DNA of 64,000 nt from Candidatus Doudnabacteria bacterium (GTDB taxonomy: Bacteria > Patescibacteriota > Doudnabacteria > UBA920), in the NCBI GenBank assembly GCA_963768175.1, contig CAVYGQ010000001.1:446305-510304 (forward strand), read 5' to 3'. This document shows positions 39,797 to 48,071 of this stretch, one piece after another; positions within the stretch are counted from its first letter, which is position 1; the number at the start of each line of letters is the position of its first letter. The notes under the pieces were generated by a model. The model did no database searches. It was not told the origin of the DNA and worked only from the letters and a program-made list of their open reading frames with translations. The position numbers were made by a program, and so were the translations under genes.

Positions 39797-41066
39797 TCCC
39801 CTCTCGCGATGCTTCTGTTTCTGTAGATTTTGCCAAATTTTTTACTTTGTACTTGCCACTTTTTACTTCCTCCTCCCCCACCACCAGCACGAACGGGATT
39901 TTTTCCTTGTCCGCGGTTTTTACCTGGGCGGAAACTTTGCGGTCGGTTAAATCGACAGCGACATTCACGCCTTGCTTGCGGAGATCGGCGGCTAACTGAT
40001 TTGCGGCTTCCAGATAATTTTCAAGGTGGCAGACGTACAACTTTACCAGCGGATGATATTCCGGCAACAAACCGTGAGTCTCCAAAAAATCGCGGGTGGT
40101 TACGTCTCCCCAGCCAAACCCTACTCCCGGCACTTTTTCCACGCCGAAAATCCCTACCAAATCATCGTACCTCCCGCCGCCGAACAGCGCGCGGTTGTTG
40201 ACAGGGCTGGTATCGTAAAGTTCAAACACGATGCCGGTATAATAATCAAAACCGCGGACCAAAGTCGGATCGTAAACCACGTTCCTAACCCCCGAGGATT
40301 CCAGTTCCCTTAATAAATTATCCAGCTCTTTTGCCCCCTCGCTGTGCGGAATCTTTTCCCCTAGTTCGTCTAAACTTTTCACATACAGCACTTCCATCAG
40401 CATTTTGGTTTTATCGCCCAAGATTTCTTCCGCCCGCTTTAAAAATTCTTCTTTCTTCATTTTACCCATTCGGTCAATCAATTTAGAAGCCTTGTGGGCC
40501 TGCCCGGAATTCAATTTCAGATACTCATCCAACAAATGATTAAGCAACTTGCGGCTGTTTATCCTAATTTCAAAACTTTCATCGCTGGCGCCAAAAGCCT
40601 TCATTATGCCGTAAGCCAAGCTGATAATTTCCACATCGGCGTCAACGGATTCCACGCCAAAAATATCGCAATTAAGCTGCCAATGCTCGCGCAAGCGGCC
40701 ACGCTGGGGACGTTCGTAGCGGAACAAATTGGGGATGGAATACCAGCGTAAAGGAAAAGTCAGCTCTTTGCGCTTTTGGGCAACCATGCGGGCAACTGTG
40801 GGCGTCATTTCCGGACGGATGGTCACGTCGCGCCCGCCGCGGTCAATAAAAGAATAAGTTTGCTCGTTGACAATTTCCTCGCCGGTTTTTGCCCGGTAAA
40901 GTTCGGTCTCTTCTAAAATAGAAGCGCCATACTCCAAATACCCGTAGCTTTCGGCCACTTTGCGCCAAATACTAAAAATATAATTCTGCACAAATTGGTC
41001 TTGGGGATAAAAATCCCGCGTGCCTTTATAAGGCTCCAGTGAGAGTTTTTTTGCTTTTGTTTCCAT
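39777..41066 (-). CDS. hisS: Histidine--tRNA ligase
   Basis: Class II aaRS motifs, YKGTRDFYP N-terminus, C-terminal anticodon-binding domain. The 3' end overlaps the downstream methyltransferase by 20 nt. Confidence 0.9.
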   Translation of the reverse strand: METKAKKLSLEPYKGTRDFYPQDQFVQNYIFSIWRKVAESYGYLEYGASILEETELYRAKTGEEIVNEQTYSFIDRGGRDVTIRPEMTPTVARMVAQKRKELTFPLRWYSIPNLFRYERPQRGRLREHWQLNCDIFGVESVDADVEIISLAYGIMKAFGASDESFEIRINSRKLLNHLLDEYLKLNSGQAHKASKLIDRMGKMKKEEFLKRAEEILGDKTKMLMEVLYVKSLDELGEKIPHSEGAKELDNLLRELESSGVRNVVYDPTLVRGFDYYTGIVFELYDTSPVNNRALFGGGRYDDLVGIFGVEKVPGVGFGWGDVTTRDFLETHGLLPEYHPLVKLYVCHLENYLEAANQLAADLRKQGVNVAVDLTDRKVSAQVKTADKEKIPFVLVVGEEEVKSGKYKVKNLAKSTETEASREGIAAILK

Positions 41067-41119
41067 AAAAAAATACCTTTGACACTATAAGTATATCCAA
41101 GAATGGGCTTTTTTACAAA

Positions 41120-41182
41120 CTGGAAGAGGTGTCCCCTCTTCCAGTTTAATTTTATGATATAATAAATAATTTTTACGCCAAC
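41120..41182. repeat. Family A element, extended form (second copy)
   Basis: ctggaagaggtgtcccctcttccagtttaattttatgatataataaataatttttacgcc. Confidence 0.65.
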
Positions 41183-41616
41183 AAATTCAAATCCCCGTTT
41201 AAAACCACTGGCTGCATTCCTAAAACCTCTTCTTTCCAGGCTGTTTCGGGAATCGGATTTAACAGATAAATTTTTTTGCCGAGATGAAAGGCCAAACCCA
41301 TTTCCATTAAAGTATTGGGGCCAATATAATTGGTAATGCCATTTTTGTCAAAATTCGCGACCAGTATGGCCTCCGACCATTCCACTTTGTTAAAATGGGC
41401 ATGAATCCTCAAGGAATGATTTTTTAAAAATGCCGGGTCGCTAAACGGCTGGGTTTTTTTAAACTTATGGTAATCCGCGGTTTGCCAGAGTTTCCCGTCG
41501 CCATCCGTAAATTTTGTCGGCAACGATTTGGCTTCATGCCCCAATTTGTTTAATTGTTCGGCCACGGCTTCCATCTCCTTAACAAAAGCCGCACTGCCAC
41601 AAATGGTGATTTTCAT
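41173..41616 (-). CDS. Nucleoside 2-deoxyribosyltransferase-like Rossmann protein
   Basis: MKITICGS...EAILVANFDKNG....EMGLAFHLGKKIYLL pattern. Confidence 0.4.
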   Translation of the reverse strand: MKITICGSAAFVKEMEAVAEQLNKLGHEAKSLPTKFTDGDGKLWQTADYHKFKKTQPFSDPAFLKNHSLRIHAHFNKVEWSEAILVANFDKNGITNYIGPNTLMEMGLAFHLGKKIYLLNPIPETAWKEEVLGMQPVVLNGDLNLLA

Positions 41617-42160
41617 AAAAATAATTTTCTGTCATCGGATGGGTTTTTATATTCCCCCGATTTGCTTTCGCGGTGGCTAATAGCTTTATCAATAATGGAA
41701 ATGTCTTTAACAGGGCTTGTAAAAATTTTGTCCTTGATAGTTTTAATATCTTCTACTTGCTCGACAATAAAATCGGAAAAAGTGTGCAAAAACGGATGCA
41801 TCCAGTCTTTTACTTTATACTTATTTTGGAACATCACATTCGACCGGCGATGATAGGAATTTTTAGGCAAAACTGTAATTACCGGTTTGTGAAAATATTT
41901 GGCAATAATAATTTCGTGTGCCGTACCAACGCCCAACCGTTCTTCCGCGTTTACGATAACCAAATCGGAATACTTGATGCTCCGGCTGTCTTTGCCCACA
42001 ATCAACAAAAAATCACTTTCGTCCATATCCCCGGCTCCGGAAGCACAAATTCGGCGTCCAGAAATTTTTCCAAAGCAGCTTTATACCTCAAACGCCAATT
42101 CACAAAAGTTTTTTCTTCTTCCGCGCCCTTTGGCACACTGCCGGCTAAATAAATTTTCAT
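41613..42160 (-). pseudogene. Second nucleoside 2-deoxyribosyltransferase-like gene, interrupted by a 1-nt frameshift at a G4 run (coding strand) near 42027
   Basis: N-terminal 54 codons MKIYLAGSVPKGAEEEKTFVNWRLRYKAALEKFLDAEFVLPEPG in one frame (42160..41996). They continue in the -1 frame as DMDESDFLLIVG...GVGTAHEIIIAKYFHKPVITV (ORF-track 41613..42026). Confidence 0.5.
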
Positions 42161-42401
42161 ATTGAGATATTTGGAACAGGTTATGGAATGATGTTCGGAC
42201 GGAAATAACTAAAATAATTAGCTTTTATGGCCAGCCTTATAAAACTAACTAATTTTTCTTTATTGGATCCGTAATAGGATTATTTATATTTATTCTGGCC
42301 GGTTTGATACCAAAATAGGATAGTTAATGACCTTAGAACCCATCTTGCGGCTGCCACTGAAAGGTTTTATATGCCTAATCTAAAGCCATCAGCTAATAGT
42401 A

Positions 42402-42677
42402 TTAATTTTTAAATTCAAAACTATCAATTACTTGTTTCCAAAATTCATTTTCGGAAAAATTATCTTTTTTTGTCATTCCCGTAACTATTATTCTGACCGC
42501 ATAATTTTCACCGTAAAATTGATAACCAGAATACGGAGCTAATGCCACGGTGGTTGGTAAAATTGTGATGCTGTAAGGGATATTGTTAGAGTTCTTTTTG
42601 AATTCTGGCCCCGACAAATTTGGAATTTTGTCATAGTAAAATATCTCGACTTCCATTCTTGGCGTATCGCCAGGCAA
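42402..42677 (-). CDS. Hypothetical small protein. It may be the downstream part of one secreted protein together with 42745..42987
   Basis: 91-aa ORF. Confidence 0.3.
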   Translation of the reverse strand: MPGDTPRMEVEIFYYDKIPNLSGPEFKKNSNNIPYSITILPTTVALAPYSGYQFYGENYAVRIIVTGMTKKDNFSENEFWKQVIDSFEFKN

Positions 42678-42744
42678 GTCCCCTTTCGGGATGCTATTAA
42701 AGAGAACTATGCATTTTTGTTTACTTGTCGCAACCGGAAAAGGC

Positions 42745-42987
42745 CTATTGAGTTCCTGAAAATAACGGATACTGAAAAATAAAACCGTGCTCTTTCAAAT
42801 AAGGGCAAGAAAAAGTTTGAATAGATAGCGCCTTATTAGATGGATTAGCATTTTCAGAGATGTGTTCATCAAGATCGTGATTTTGAATGCTTTTGCCGGC
42901 GTTCCAAGCAACAAACCATGCCACCCCTATGATTATTATCAAAATAATTAAGACAATATAAATATACATTTTTGTCATTTGTTTCAA
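42745..42987 (-). CDS. Hypothetical small protein with an N-terminal TM or signal
   Basis: 80-aa ORF. Confidence 0.3.
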   Translation of the reverse strand: MKQMTKMYIYIVLIILIIIIGVAWFVAWNAGKSIQNHDLDEHISENANPSNKALSIQTFSCPYLKEHGFIFQYPLFSGTQ

Positions 42988-43053
42988 CTTTTAAATAAGT
43001 TCAATCCCCCTGTCAGTATAACAAAAATACCGCTAATTAATAAATGTTCCCTG

Positions 43054-43246
43054 TGGAGCGGAATACCAGAATCGAACTGGCGCCCTTAGCTGCCCCGTCA
43101 CAAATAGATAGTTCGTGGAGCGAGTGAGCAGAATCGAACTGCCGTCTTCAGCTTGGGAAGCTGACATACTACCACTGTACTACACTCGCATCAACATTTG
43201 TGACGGGGCTTGGGAAGCTAATGTACTGCCACTATACTAATTCCGC
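43054..43246 (-). tRNA. tRNA-Gly(CCC)-like gene interrupted in the anticodon loop by a 119-nt insert (intron-like) that contains another tRNA
   Basis: Exons fold perfectly. Acceptor GCGGAAT/ATTCCGC, D arm GTAT-AGTGGCA-GTAC, anticodon stem TTAGC/GCTAA with loop TTCCCAA, T arm GCCAG-TTCGATT-CTGGT, CCA encoded. The insert is bounded by a 14-bp inverted repeat GCCCCGTCACAAAT / ATTTGTGACGGGGC. Confidence 0.6.
43116..43189 (-). tRNA. tRNA-Gly (anticodon CCC), complete, nested inside the insert of the outer tRNA-Gly-like gene
   Basis: Manual fold. Acceptor GCGAGTG/CACTCGC, D arm GTAC-AGTGGTA-GTAT, anticodon stem TCAGC/GCTGA with loop TTCCCAA, T arm GGCAG-TTCGATT-CTGCT, CCA encoded. 74 nt. Confidence 0.8.
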
Positions 43247-43255
43247 AAAAATTGG

Positions 43256-43295
43256 CTTGTTGACTTTTTGCGCGGCCGCGCAAAAAGTCAACAAG
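43256..43295. promoter_or_regulatory. Perfect 40-nt palindrome CTTGTTGACTTTTTGCGCGGCCGCGCAAAAAGTCAACAAG immediately 5' of the tRNA-Gly locus
   Basis: Exact reverse-complement symmetry. Contains TTGACT -35-like hexamers on both strands. Confidence 0.4.
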
Positions 43296-43365
43296 ATATT
43301 TAAAAAATATTTAACAAATTGCCCCACAGCAAGCTACAAGGAAATCTTCTTCATTATAGCAAATT

Positions 43366-43983
43366 TTACTTTGGTTTAATAAGCGGCACAAATACGAATC
43401 CCCAATGATCTTTGGATTTAAAATTGTCCTCGCCAATTTTATCCAGCACCGTAATTTTATCTGTTAAAGGCATCACCAGCCTGCCGCCAACTTTGAGCTG
43501 GGTTTTTAGCGCCTGGGGGATTTCGCCAGCCGAAGCCGATACCAATATGCGGTCATATTGTGCATAGTCTGGCAGGCCGTCCCAGCCCGAACCGATAAAT
43601 AATTTAATATTTTTCGGTTTATACTTTTCCAAATTTTTCCGCCCGAAATCGTAAATTTCCGGAAAAAGCTCCAACCCGAAAATTTTGCCTTTGCTCCCCA
43701 CGATTTTGGAAAGCATGGCCGTAGTCCAGCCGCTGCCAAAGCCGACATCCAAAACTTTTTGTCCGGGCTTGGCTTCCAGTAAATCCAGCATAAACGCCAC
43801 GGTATAAGGCTGAGAAATTGTCTGGCCAAATTCCAGCGTCAAGGGGTGGTTTTCGTAAGCCATACTTTTTAAATCGGCCGGCACAAAATCCTTGCGGTCA
43901 ATTTCTTTGAACGCGCGCAAAACCCGCGGGTTCTGCAAAACCCTTTCGTTTAATAGGTCTTTGATTAGTTCCAGCCTCTCCAT
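43366..43983 (-). CDS. pcm: Protein-L-isoaspartate O-methyltransferase
   Basis: ISQPYTVAFMLDLL...VLDVGFGSGW motifs. Confidence 0.85.
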   Translation of the reverse strand: MERLELIKDLLNERVLQNPRVLRAFKEIDRKDFVPADLKSMAYENHPLTLEFGQTISQPYTVAFMLDLLEAKPGQKVLDVGFGSGWTTAMLSKIVGSKGKIFGLELFPEIYDFGRKNLEKYKPKNIKLFIGSGWDGLPDYAQYDRILVSASAGEIPQALKTQLKVGGRLVMPLTDKITVLDKIGEDNFKSKDHWGFVFVPLIKPK

Positions 43984-44085
43984 ACTGTTATTTTAGAATA
44001 ACTGTGGATTTTGACAACCTCTAACATTCGTGTAGAATTTAAAAGGATTGTGATTAAGCCCGATTGATATCAAAATTACCCATAA

Positions 44086-45603
44086 ATGTCTAAAGTCCAA
44101 CGCAAAATCCCGGCCACCATGGCCACCCAGCACCCCGACCACGCGGCTCGGCCATTTTGGCACAAAGAAAGCTTTATCCCTGCCATGGAAGAGGCCAGGG
44201 AATTATTTTTGTCTTTTGCCGATTTGGGCATTTCCGAATACATGTGGGATTGGGAAGGCAAGCTGGTTGACGAATCTATTCTGGAACGGCTGTACGGAGA
44301 AAAATATAACTTTTTCAAAAAGCTCCCTCTGGGGAAAGAAAAATTTTTAACTTTCCGACTGCCAAATTCCAAAGTGGAAAATGAGTTCCGGCTGGGGCGC
44401 GCGCTTATAGGCATGCTGTCCAGCGCAAGCATGGCCAAAAAAGTCGGCATGCACTCTCCCCCGCTGTTTGAGGTAATATTGCCTATGACCGAATCAGCCT
44501 CGGAAATGATAAGCGTCCAGGAAGCATTTGCCGAAATCGCCAACTTAAAACATCCGCTGAACAAATTCCAAAAAAATCTGCTTTCCCATATTTTGCTTAT
44601 CCCGCTGTTTGAACAGGTCCATACAATCATCAACTCCGACAGGATTTTGGAACGCTATCTAGTTTTGCATAAAAAGATTTTTGGCTCCAAACCAGAATAT
44701 ATGCGCCCTTTTGTGGCGCGCTCCGATCCGGCGTTAAACTCCGGGCTGGTGCCTACTGTTTTGGCCATTAAAATCGCCCTTGCCCGGTACAAAAAATTTG
44801 CCAAAAAACATAACATTGCCCTTTATCCGGTCATTGGCTGCGGGGCTTTGCCGTTCCGCGGCGGGCTGTACCCTTTAAGGCCGGAAAGGTTTCTGCATGA
44901 ATACAAAGGCATCAGGACCGTTACCATCCAAAGCGCTTTTAGATATGACTATCCCAAACCTACGGTTATAAAAGCAATTAAAGTTTTAGAGAAAGGGCTG
45001 CCTAAAGGGCAGGCGGCGGACATAACGCCGGCGGAAGAGGTTAGGCTGATAAAATCGATTAAAACTTTTGAATCCGCTTATCGGCAAAGCGTGGAAAAAA
45101 TCGCGCCGCTGATTAACGATTTAGCCAAACATTTGCCCAAAAGGCGCGAGCGCGTCCAGCATATTGGATTGTTTGGCTACAGCCGCGGCTTGGGCAAAGT
45201 CAGCCTGCCACGAGCTATTAGTTTTACCGCAGTGCTGTATTCTTTGGGCGTGCCGCCGGAATTAATCGGCACCGGCCGCGGCCTGGCCGCCGCGCGCAAA
45301 GCCGGCACGCTTCCTTTGGTGGAAAAATACTATATTAATTTAAAACATGATTTATACTTTGCCGGAAAATTCCTGTACAAACCGGGTCTTATAAATTTGG
45401 CCAAAAAATTTCCCGCCTGGAAAGGTATTTTAAAAGATGTGGAGGAAATAGAAAAATATTCGGGCAAACCGCTCGCGCCCAAATATTTGAACGAACAGGA
45501 GCACCAGCTGATTTCCGCGCGCGTCCATCAAAACTTTAAAAACGGCAAAAATCTGACCCGCTTAATTGAACAAAGTGCGATTCTGCGGCATAGCATGGGG
45601 TAG
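44086..45603 (+). CDS. ppcA: Phosphoenolpyruvate carboxylase, archaeal type (PepcA family)
   Basis: MATQHPD N-terminus, HIGLFGYSR and LPRAISFT motifs, about 505 aa. Confidence 0.8.
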   Translation: MSKVQRKIPATMATQHPDHAARPFWHKESFIPAMEEARELFLSFADLGISEYMWDWEGKLVDESILERLYGEKYNFFKKLPLGKEKFLTFRLPNSKVENEFRLGRALIGMLSSASMAKKVGMHSPPLFEVILPMTESASEMISVQEAFAEIANLKHPLNKFQKNLLSHILLIPLFEQVHTIINSDRILERYLVLHKKIFGSKPEYMRPFVARSDPALNSGLVPTVLAIKIALARYKKFAKKHNIALYPVIGCGALPFRGGLYPLRPERFLHEYKGIRTVTIQSAFRYDYPKPTVIKAIKVLEKGLPKGQAADITPAEEVRLIKSIKTFESAYRQSVEKIAPLINDLAKHLPKRRERVQHIGLFGYSRGLGKVSLPRAISFTAVLYSLGVPPELIGTGRGLAAARKAGTLPLVEKYYINLKHDLYFAGKFLYKPGLINLAKKFPAWKGILKDVEEIEKYSGKPLAPKYLNEQEHQLISARVHQNFKNGKNLTRLIEQSAILRHSMG

Positions 45604-45698
45604 AGTTAACTAATAACCAATAATTTATAACAATAACTGGACATCCTATATTTTGAGGGATATCGGGGAGCGTGCTTGCGCGCTCCCCGACTAGCCGA

Positions 45699-45920
45699 CT
45701 ACGCCGCCACTGCCCAAGACACAAACTGGACTGGGTTCTCCGCGAGGTACTTTCCTTTCGAAACAACGCTACCAGACGGCAGCTCTACCGTTTGGTGGCC
45801 GCAATTCGGGCATACCAACCCTATGGGACCACCCACACAGCTGTTCTCGTGCACCAAGTGGTGCGAACTTCCACCACATTTCGTGCACTTACGTGCTCTG
45901 AATTCTTGTGCGACGATCAA
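45699..45920 (-). CDS. Possible small zinc-ribbon protein (C-x2-C ... C-x2-C)
   Basis: 73 aa with CTKCGG....CPNCGH. It lies in a GC-rich noncoding-looking stretch, so this is uncertain. Confidence 0.25.
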   Translation of the reverse strand: MIVAQEFRARKCTKCGGSSHHLVHENSCVGGPIGLVCPNCGHQTVELPSGSVVSKGKYLAENPVQFVSWAVAA

Positions 45921-46161
45921 GGTTCCTCCTTGGACACTATGATAAATTTACGAAGATACCCGCAACCGCTTAATCGCCTAATCCGCCGCGCGGCAGAAAA
46001 GTTACGGACACCAGCCGAAAACCTACCCACTAAAAAAGAGCCCTTTTGCAAGGGCTCTTTGGAAAAATTCCAAATTTAATCAGCCCTTGCTTAGCAAAGG
46101 CATCAACATTCCGCTAAATTGGGCTATTCTGTAATTCATAAGCTTATGTTAATATTAACTT

Positions 46162-47163
46162 ATGATAAAAAAACCGTCAAGTTTATATCACCCCCTAACC
46201 CCCTCTTACATTAAGAGGGGGAAACTCTTGGTTGTCGGCAGCGTGGCGTTTGACAATATACAAACGCCGTTTGGGAAAATAAGCAAAACTTTGGGCGGCA
46301 GCGCCAGCTATTTTTCTTTGGCCGCGAGTTTTTTTACCAAGCCTTACGTGGTGGCCGTGGTGGGGAATGATTTTACCTATAAATACAAGGAAATTTTAAA
46401 AAAGAAAAAAATTGACTTATCGGGATTAGAAACAACCAAAGGCCAAAGCTTTCACTGGGGCGGCAAGTATAGCTTTGATTTAAACAACCGCGATACCCTG
46501 TTTACGCATTTAAACGTCTTTGAACATTTTAAACCCAAACTTTTAGAACACCATAAAACCGCCTCTTATGTGTTTTTAGGTAACATCCACCCAGAACTTC
46601 AGCTTGACGTTTTGAGCCAAATAAAAAAACCAAAACTGGTGGGGCTGGATACCATGAATTTTTGGATAGAAAAAGCGCCACAGGAGCTGGCTAAAGTGTT
46701 AAAGCTGACGGATATTTTTGTGATAAACGATTCCGAAGCGCGGGAACTTTCCGGAGAACATAACTTGATGAAGGCCGCCAGAAAAATAATCAAAATGATG
46801 CCCAAAGGCAGAGGTGTCCCCTCTGCAACAGAGGGGACACCTCTGCCACCCGTGCTAATTATCAAGCGCGGGGAATATGGACTGCTGATGTTCGGCAAAA
46901 ACCAGATTTTCCACTTGCCCGGCTTCCCGCTTGAAGACGTTATAGATCCCACCGGCGCGGGCGACAGCTTTGCCGGCGGACTTTTTGGCTACCTAAGCAA
47001 AACCGAAGACAGCTCCTGGGAAAACCTAAAACGAGCATGTGTAGCCGGTTCGGTATTAGCCAGTTTTGGCGTGGAAAAGCTCGGCACCCAAAGGTTACAA
47101 GAAATAACCCAAAACGACATTAACGAGCGTTTTGGGGAATTTAAAAAATTGACAGATTTTTAA
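46162..47163 (+). CDS. PfkB-family carbohydrate kinase (ribokinase-like) carrying an in-frame 41-nt family-A palindrome (KGRGVPSATEGTPLP)
   Basis: DPTGAGDSFAGG signature near the C-terminus. The perfect palindrome GGCAGAGGTGTCCCCTCTGCAACAGAGGGGACACCTCTGCC at 46807..46847 stays in frame. Confidence 0.8.
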   Translation: MIKKPSSLYHPLTPSYIKRGKLLVVGSVAFDNIQTPFGKISKTLGGSASYFSLAASFFTKPYVVAVVGNDFTYKYKEILKKKKIDLSGLETTKGQSFHWGGKYSFDLNNRDTLFTHLNVFEHFKPKLLEHHKTASYVFLGNIHPELQLDVLSQIKKPKLVGLDTMNFWIEKAPQELAKVLKLTDIFVINDSEARELSGEHNLMKAARKIIKMMPKGRGVPSATEGTPLPPVLIIKRGEYGLLMFGKNQIFHLPGFPLEDVIDPTGAGDSFAGGLFGYLSKTEDSSWENLKRACVAGSVLASFGVEKLGTQRLQEITQNDINERFGEFKKLTDF

Positions 47164-47179
47164 GCTTACTAAAAAATTT

Positions 47180-47213
47180 GTTAGCATAAAATGCGGCCGC
47201 ATTTTATGCTAAC
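47180..47213. terminator. Family E perfect palindrome GTTAGCATAAAATGCGGCCGCATTTTATGCTAAC after the kinase gene
   Basis: 34-nt perfect inverted repeat, 17 nt after the stop. Confidence 0.5.
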
Positions 47214-47339
47214 AGTCCTGTTTAACAAATATTATAAACGCCGTGGCAGGTGTTTTTTTGTTTTGACCAAAACTATTATCAAGAATACAATAAACGTATG
47301 TTGGCCTTCTGGCCAGCAATACATCGCTAGCTGATGCTA

Positions 47340-47700
47340 GCTTTCAGGAGGAACCGAAGTGCCATTTCAGGACTTTCCGCCGCTGTCAGGGCCGCCATCA
47401 GGTGAGGCCTTGGCTGCCAAACCCTGGAGGCCCGGCGATACCGTCGGGCGACAACCAGTCATCGATACCGACCATCCCGCTATCGTTCCTGCTGGCACCG
47501 CCAGCCCGAACGTCGGGAAGTGCCGGCCTACCGGCACCGCTACGGGATCGGGGGTTGACCCGCTTCTGATCGGATAACCCGGCCCCGATGCGCCCCCGCC
47601 AAAGTCCGGCCAAAAGCGCGGAACTAGCTAGTCGCACTTAAAGCCAAAACGCAACCTGCGGCGGGAAGTTCACACCTTGAACTTCCCGCCGCCTCACCTC
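47340..47700. other. GC-rich (about 65%) noncoding-looking block upstream of glnII. Contains an AGGAGG-N7-GTG small ORF (47359..47577) and a 14-bp-stem hairpin at 47658..47692
   Basis: Compositional contrast with the flanking AT-rich DNA. Candidate promoter TTGACA-N18-TATAAT at about 47752..47790 downstream of it. Confidence 0.35.
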
Positions 47701-48071
47701 TTGTGGAAAACACAGATAATCCAACAAAATCAGGCTAAATTTGCTTATTTGACAAAAAAAAATAATCTGCTAATATAATAAAGTAAAACTAAATACTAGA
47801 GTTAAAAAAAACACCCTATCTAATTTCCGGAGTATTCCGCCAAAAAGGTGTTTATTTTAATTTATTAATAAATTTTCTACGAAATACCTGCCCGCCAAAG
47901 TTAATTTACTATAGTCGCTTTAGATGTCAATTGACCGCCTGACGCTACTATAAAAATTTTCATTGGCAGGCGTGCGAAAATAACGAAATACTAAATCTGG
48001 AATTTTAGATTTCGTATTTAGCCCCTTTCGTATTTGGTAGATGAACAAAGCGGGGGGAGAAAGAAAAGTAT

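Noticed and set aside
41673-42152. Plus-strand 159-aa ORF
   Set aside because: It is antisense to the frameshifted nucleoside 2-deoxyribosyltransferase-like gene, whose two halves give a recognisable family match.
45672-46079. Plus-strand 135-aa Arg-rich ORF and 45676..45942(+)
   Set aside because: Composition looks like noncoding GC-rich DNA. Only the minus-strand Cys4 small ORF was kept, at low confidence.
47340-47700. RNase P RNA, SRP RNA or tmRNA in the GC-rich block
   Set aside because: Only fragments of conserved motifs are present (GGAAAGTCC, GGCAGCCAAGGC). The RNase P P4/J3-4 motifs and the tmRNA tRNA-like end are absent.
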